This document shows positions 59,149 to 64,000 of a stretch of 64,000 nt of DNA, piece by piece. The notes under the pieces were generated by a model, which was given only the letters and a program-made list of their open reading frames with translations, did not search any database and was not told where the DNA came from. Every line of letters begins with the position of its first letter. The stretch's first letter is position 1. The stretch covers positions 896,001 through 960,000 of the forward strand of contig OZ220741.1 in the NCBI GenBank assembly GCA_965116885.1, given 5' to 3'. The stretch comes from Candidatus Latescibacterota bacterium (GTDB lineage: Bacteria > Latescibacterota > UBA2968). The position numbers and the translations under genes were made by a program.

Positions 59149-61734
59149 TTGACAGCAAAAACACATCACCACATCTTGAGATTTGCGTTCCTCAGCAGCA
59201 TGATCCTTCTGATAGCACTCATCTTCAGCGGACATGCTCTTGCACAATATACCTATACCTGGAAAACCGACACAACCTACGAAGGGGTAGATCGGGCAAC
59301 CCTCGTTCAACCCGTACAGGTCATGTTCTTACACCAGCCGATACAGGTCGTGCCCCACAGCGCATCATTGCGTCTCATGCAACAGTATTCTGTTTTACTC
59401 GGCACCGAATGGAGTGATGGTCAGGCTTACCGACTGCTCCAGACCTTTGAATCCATCCCACAATTGAGTAACGACCCGTACAAAGAGACACTTGAAGTGC
59501 CATCTTCATTATGGCAATTGACAGACCAGCATATTCAAAATGACGTAGAGATTCGCTTCCAGGATGGGCAGAAAATCGTCACCCTGTCCCGGGAGGCTTT
59601 TACCTATGCCGACCCATTGCTGGCTGAAATAGAGGGTGTGAGAGGCCGTTTCTTCTCCAAAAGACTCCACCATGCCGTTGTTCGCTATGTAACCGATGGT
59701 GGCAGGGATAGAGATGCGCTAAAGCAGATTTTAGAGAAACGGTATGGCATAAGCATAGATGTGCCGGACTATACCGAACTCACGCGAAGAACAACAAAAG
59801 AACATGCAGGTCGTTTTGGAGAATTCAAAAACGAAGAATTGATAGCTCTTGTGAGTATGTTTGAAGAATACCCACAAGGCATGCTCAGCACACCAGGGTT
59901 GCAATATCTGGTTAGACGATTGGATGGAACACCTCATCCAATTAACCCGTCTGCTCCTGCTATAGCCTGGGTGACCGAGGGCTATATTGAGTTCATGGAA
60001 TCTGCTTTTAAGGGACAGGACCTCGACTACATCCACCGCTTAATTCTCCATGAAAAAGCACATTTTTTCTGGGAACATCTCTTTGATGACCAACTCAAAC
60101 AGGACTGGATTGAACTCGGCGGCTGGTATGAAAACCCGGACGACAAAGATGGCTGGTCAACGACCAAACAGACCGAGTTCGTATCTGCTTATGCACACGG
60201 TGTGAATCCGAATGAGGACATGGCAGAAACGATCAGTTATTACATCGTGGATCCCGACAAGTTGCGCTCCCGTTCGCCTGCCAAATACGAATTTATTCGC
60301 GATCGGGTCATGCACGGCACGCGGTACATCTCTCGGATACGCGAAGACCTGACATTTCAGGTCTATAATCTGTATCCCGATGTCGTATATCCAGGACGGA
60401 TCATACGGGTTGACATACAGGTTGAGGGAGAACCGGAAGAGGATAAGGTAATAACAGTAGAGCTTGAACTTCACCGGGATAATAGCTTCGAAACAGCACA
60501 AACAACAAATATCCGGATCTTCAACTCCAAAGGTACCTTTTTTTACCTCAGGCTTTTTCCTGTAGATGCCAATGGACTGCGCGTCAATGAAAGTCACATT
60601 TTGCGAGGGCACTACGCACTATCAAAGCACGCAGCACATGGCTACTGGGGACCAGATCAAATTAGCCTCAAGGATGCCCAGGGCAATGAACGGCACGAAT
60701 CCCAGGTCGATTTCGGATGGAAACTCTACGTCAACAATCCGCTTGCAGATGATACACCACCTGCTTACGTCAAAAATTCAATGCAACTCTCATTGTCACA
60801 GGGCACGGCAGAAGGCAGGCTCGTACAAATCCTCACCGCACGTTGGCGGCTTTTTGAAGAATTCGGTGTAAGAAAACTCTATGCACAACTAAACGATGCA
60901 AATGCTGAAACCTATTCTCGTCGCGCGCAGGAGTATGGAAATTATAATCCACAAACCGGTGAAGCAAGTGTCCAACTTAAAATTCCGGATTACTTCCAGA
61001 ATGGCACATATATCGTTAACTATGTCAAGATGCGTGATATGGCGTTAAATGCACAAGGCGTGTACTTTACCGATCCAGGACACGGGTTAAGGATTGAAGA
61101 TGTCATAGCAGATGAATCACCTGCCACCATTGATGTTCAAACGACAAATCCGGATGACACTCTACCCGTGCTCGATCTAAATCAGATCACCATTCAGGCA
61201 GAGCCAATCAATCCAGAAGAACCAAATGGCGAAACAAAGGTCGATATTGCCTTTAGAATCAAGGACGACATCAGTGGATATAGTTCGACAGAAATATATT
61301 TACGCGACCCCAATGGTGTGAGACACTACTTTAGGCATCTCGATCCGGATTATTACAAAGTCTATTTTACACGCGATCCAGCTGTCTATGAAACCTACCA
61401 TAAAACGATCATCTTGCCCGTTGGCAGCATCCCCGGAACGTGGGGAATCGCTGAAATGAAAGTATTCGATAAAGCATATAACCTCCTTCGTGCGAACTTC
61501 ACTGAAATCATCCGCTTTGAGGTAACCGATACGCCGCTTACTGCTATCTCTGCCGACTTTGATGGCAGTGGACAGGTCGATATCGCTGACTTTTTGTTTT
61601 TTGTCAATGTGTTTGGAACCCAGAGCGGACAGGAGAACTTCGATCCAAAATACGACCTCAACAGCGATGGAACAGTTGACATTACCGACTTCCTCATCTT
61701 CGTAGATTCCTTTGGCAAACCTGTCAGTGGATAG
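59149..61734 (+). CDS. Secreted HEXXH zinc metalloprotease with dockerin/EF-hand pair (paralog B)
   Basis: TTG start with AAGGAG RBS; colinear with paralog A. Confidence 0.8.
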   Translation: MTAKTHHHILRFAFLSSMILLIALIFSGHALAQYTYTWKTDTTYEGVDRATLVQPVQVMFLHQPIQVVPHSASLRLMQQYSVLLGTEWSDGQAYRLLQTFESIPQLSNDPYKETLEVPSSLWQLTDQHIQNDVEIRFQDGQKIVTLSREAFTYADPLLAEIEGVRGRFFSKRLHHAVVRYVTDGGRDRDALKQILEKRYGISIDVPDYTELTRRTTKEHAGRFGEFKNEELIALVSMFEEYPQGMLSTPGLQYLVRRLDGTPHPINPSAPAIAWVTEGYIEFMESAFKGQDLDYIHRLILHEKAHFFWEHLFDDQLKQDWIELGGWYENPDDKDGWSTTKQTEFVSAYAHGVNPNEDMAETISYYIVDPDKLRSRSPAKYEFIRDRVMHGTRYISRIREDLTFQVYNLYPDVVYPGRIIRVDIQVEGEPEEDKVITVELELHRDNSFETAQTTNIRIFNSKGTFFYLRLFPVDANGLRVNESHILRGHYALSKHAAHGYWGPDQISLKDAQGNERHESQVDFGWKLYVNNPLADDTPPAYVKNSMQLSLSQGTAEGRLVQILTARWRLFEEFGVRKLYAQLNDANAETYSRRAQEYGNYNPQTGEASVQLKIPDYFQNGTYIVNYVKMRDMALNAQGVYFTDPGHGLRIEDVIADESPATIDVQTTNPDDTLPVLDLNQITIQAEPINPEEPNGETKVDIAFRIKDDISGYSSTEIYLRDPNGVRHYFRHLDPDYYKVYFTRDPAVYETYHKTIILPVGSIPGTWGIAEMKVFDKAYNLLRANFTEIIRFEVTDTPLTAISADFDGSGQVDIADFLFFVNVFGTQSGQENFDPKYDLNSDGTVDITDFLIFVDSFGKPVSG

Positions 61735-61756
61735 CTGTCGCGCGGTCAAACACCAC

Positions 61757-61793
61757 AAAGCCCGTCAATCAATGAGCATTGACGGGCTTTTTT
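61757..61793. terminator. Bidirectional intrinsic terminator
   Basis: AAAGCCCGTCAAT...ATTGACGGGCTTTTT. Confidence 0.85.
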
Positions 61794-61816
61794 GTACTTA
61801 AAGATGTGATTTTTAC

Positions 61817-62899
61817 TTATCCACCTCCATCCACATACCCCCGTGTAATATCAATAATCAACCCAATATCGTACCGCGCATCTTCCACCGGTGTGCGGCA
61901 CGGCTCGCCATCTGTGATACACGCGTAAAAATGCCGAAGCTCTCGTACAAACGGACTCTCCCAATCAATCTCGGGACTGCGCGTACCGTGAGACCCATTG
62001 GCGTGAATCTCCAGCACATCGAGCGTTGACAAAATCCCCCGTGCAAAACCCGTGGGATACGACAGAATAACGCGCTTATCGTCCTTGTGGACCTCAAGCG
62101 TCTCCTTAAAATGCCACAAATCGGGCAAATCGATCCACGTAGCCACGCACCGCGCCCCCGATGCATATTGCAAAATCGTCGTCATCGCCCGGCCCCCCTG
62201 CCACACCTCGGTACTCACCACATGCGTCGGATTGCCCAGCATCAGACGCAAACCGTACAAATCGTGAATCATACTCCCCGACAGCGTAAAAAACGCCCGC
62301 GCAACATCATCCGACACATCGCCCACCGCCTGCTTCAAAGCCGCCTGCCGCGCTTCGTTTCTCTCAACTGCCGCTTCGGGCGGTAAATCGTCAAAATAGG
62401 TCAACTCAAACTGCTTCAAATGCAAATTATTATTCGGATGCAAATGATTCACCTGCACAAAACGCACATCGCCCGCATCCCCCACCTCCTCCCGAGCCAA
62501 CTCATACGCCGGATCATAGACCTTCATATAGCCCACCTGCCCCACCGTACCCGCCCGCTCCTTCGCAGCACATATCGCATCCACCTCCTCGAGCGAATAG
62601 CACATCGGCTTCTCAATAAACACATGCTTACCCGCCTCAAAAGCCGCCACCGCCAGCTCCGTCTTCGGATCCGCATGGCATAAAATCACCGCATCCACAT
62701 CCCCCGCCTGTAACAACTCATGCGGATCCGTCGTAAAATTCGGCACGCCAAAAACCTCTGCCAGCCACCGCGCCAACCCCGGCGAAATATCGCACACCCA
62801 CGTCACCTCATAAAGCGCGTGCAAAATCCCCAAATTTGGCATATGCTGCACCTGTGCAATCGCGCCGCAACCAATAATCCCCATTTTGATCTTCGACAT
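61817..62899 (-). CDS. Gfo/Idh/MocA family oxidoreductase
   Basis: GIIGCGAIA, GKHVFIEKP, IHD. Confidence 0.92.
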   Translation of the reverse strand: MSKIKMGIIGCGAIAQVQHMPNLGILHALYEVTWVCDISPGLARWLAEVFGVPNFTTDPHELLQAGDVDAVILCHADPKTELAVAAFEAGKHVFIEKPMCYSLEEVDAICAAKERAGTVGQVGYMKVYDPAYELAREEVGDAGDVRFVQVNHLHPNNNLHLKQFELTYFDDLPPEAAVERNEARQAALKQAVGDVSDDVARAFFTLSGSMIHDLYGLRLMLGNPTHVVSTEVWQGGRAMTTILQYASGARCVATWIDLPDLWHFKETLEVHKDDKRVILSYPTGFARGILSTLDVLEIHANGSHGTRSPEIDWESPFVRELRHFYACITDGEPCRTPVEDARYDIGLIIDITRGYVDGGG

Positions 62900-63498
62900 C
62901 ACACCCTCCTGACCTTTATATTTTCCACCACAGCCGCAACCCCCGCAACCACACCAGTCCGAATCGTCTCCAACGCCATACTCGGCTGCGACCTCCCCAG
63001 TTCCGCAATAAGCTCCGGCGTAGGCGGCACGTGAATAAACCCCGCGGGCAGATCATCCTCAGCGACCAGATGCAGCACAGAATACATAATGTGATTGCAC
63101 AAAAACGTACCCGCCGAATACGTCAACCGCGCCGGCACCCCGGCATCCTCCATCCGCTGAACCATAGCCCGGGTCGGCAACGTAGAAAAATAGGCATCCG
63201 GACCCCCTTCCACAATGGGATAATCGCCCCCATCTATCACCTTCAAATTAATCCCAACGCGCTCGACATGGAGCGCAGACGCAGAACCGTGCAACCCCAA
63301 ACACACCACCGCCACTGGCTCGTATTCTGCGATCAGCGGCGCAACCCGATCAATATCCGCCCCGTGAACAACCGGCAACACAGCCGAAACAACCTCGCAT
63401 CCACCAATCGAAACCCCATCCAAAGACTCAGCCACAGCGCCCGATGGATTGGACGACCACGCTGCCCAGGGTTCAAAACCCGTCAGTAAAATTTTCAC
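62899..63498 (-). CDS. pcp: Pyroglutamyl-peptidase I
   Basis: ILLTGFEP, NPS, SAGTFLCN, GFIHVP. Confidence 0.92.
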   Translation of the reverse strand: MKILLTGFEPWAAWSSNPSGAVAESLDGVSIGGCEVVSAVLPVVHGADIDRVAPLIAEYEPVAVVCLGLHGSASALHVERVGINLKVIDGGDYPIVEGGPDAYFSTLPTRAMVQRMEDAGVPARLTYSAGTFLCNHIMYSVLHLVAEDDLPAGFIHVPPTPELIAELGRSQPSMALETIRTGVVAGVAAVVENIKVRRV

Positions 63499-63998
63499 GC
63501 GCCCTCCTCCGCTGTAATACAAGAAACCCGATGCCCACCCGCGACCTCGACCCCCGTGCACTGGACAGCTTCGACGGTAACATCCCCTTTATCCCAGACA
63601 ACAGTACCCGTCCCCATCGCCTCAACATGCACCTCACCCTCGGGCACCGTAAGCGTCAGCGGTTCAGGTTCCACCCCGTGAAAAGCAGCCACATAGCGCT
63701 CGGTCTGAGAACATGCAAAAAGCCATGCGGGCTGTCTTCCGCAGATCAACGTAGCGTCTCCAACCGAGATTTCACCCGTACTGCTCTGACGGGCAAACGG
63801 CGACTCGAGCGGAGGCCAGCCCAGAACACCCTCCTGCGTCCAGCGCTTCTGAAGAACCCACGCCAGCAAATCGATCTCAATACCCAGCGTCTCCCCACCC
63901 CGGGTATATTCCACGGACCACGGCCGCGTCTTCCCCGCTTCATAAGTCACAGGAGGCGCAGCATCATCTCTCAGAGCACCGCCGGCAACCGCCCGAAC
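63495..63998 (-). CDS. Hypothetical protein, 5' end outside window
   Basis: Frame stays open to the window edge; GTGA overlap with pcp. Confidence 0.65.
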   Translation of the reverse strand, partial: VRAVAGGALRDDAAPPVTYEAGKTRPWSVEYTRGGETLGIEIDLLAWVLQKRWTQEGVLGWPPLESPFARQSSTGEISVGDATLICGRQPAWLFACSQTERYVAAFHGVEPEPLTLTVPEGEVHVEAMGTGTVVWDKGDVTVEAVQCTGVEVAGGHRVSCITAEEGA

Positions 63999-64000
63999 AA

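Overview
Bacterial chromosomal window, mostly housekeeping: rnr, sodN, CIRCE-groES-groEL, pyrD, rlpA, hemE/H/Y, glnA, glgC, glnD, rho-rpmE2-prfA-prmC, a polyprenyl synthase and secDF. FlgD/T9SS-type C-terminal domains, dockerin-like tails and a type B L31 suggest an FCB-superphylum organism (Latescibacterota/Gemmatimonadota-like); this is inference only. Two accessory paralog arrays stand out. One has three secreted proteins built of tandem Cache-like sensor domains plus an Ig-like region and a T9SS/FlgD-like tail, with no signalling output and a mosaic sequence pattern (30.9-37.9 kb). The other has two secreted HEXXH metalloproteases with dockerin-like tails (56.4-61.7 kb). Other notable structure: an Rpn-family gene with a perfect internal RBS and in-frame ATG (candidate nested antitoxin); a complete sigma54 promoter with tandem enhancer-like sites driving a PTS-EIIA-like gene and an alternative sigma70; about 15 GTAG-type REP hairpins with covarying stems, often as mixed doublets; a REP element flanked by 8-bp microsatellites of variable copy number; and short gene-end duplication scars. 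No tRNA, rRNA, CRISPR array or reverse transcriptase was recognised. All family assignments come from motif recognition by eye, not database searches.
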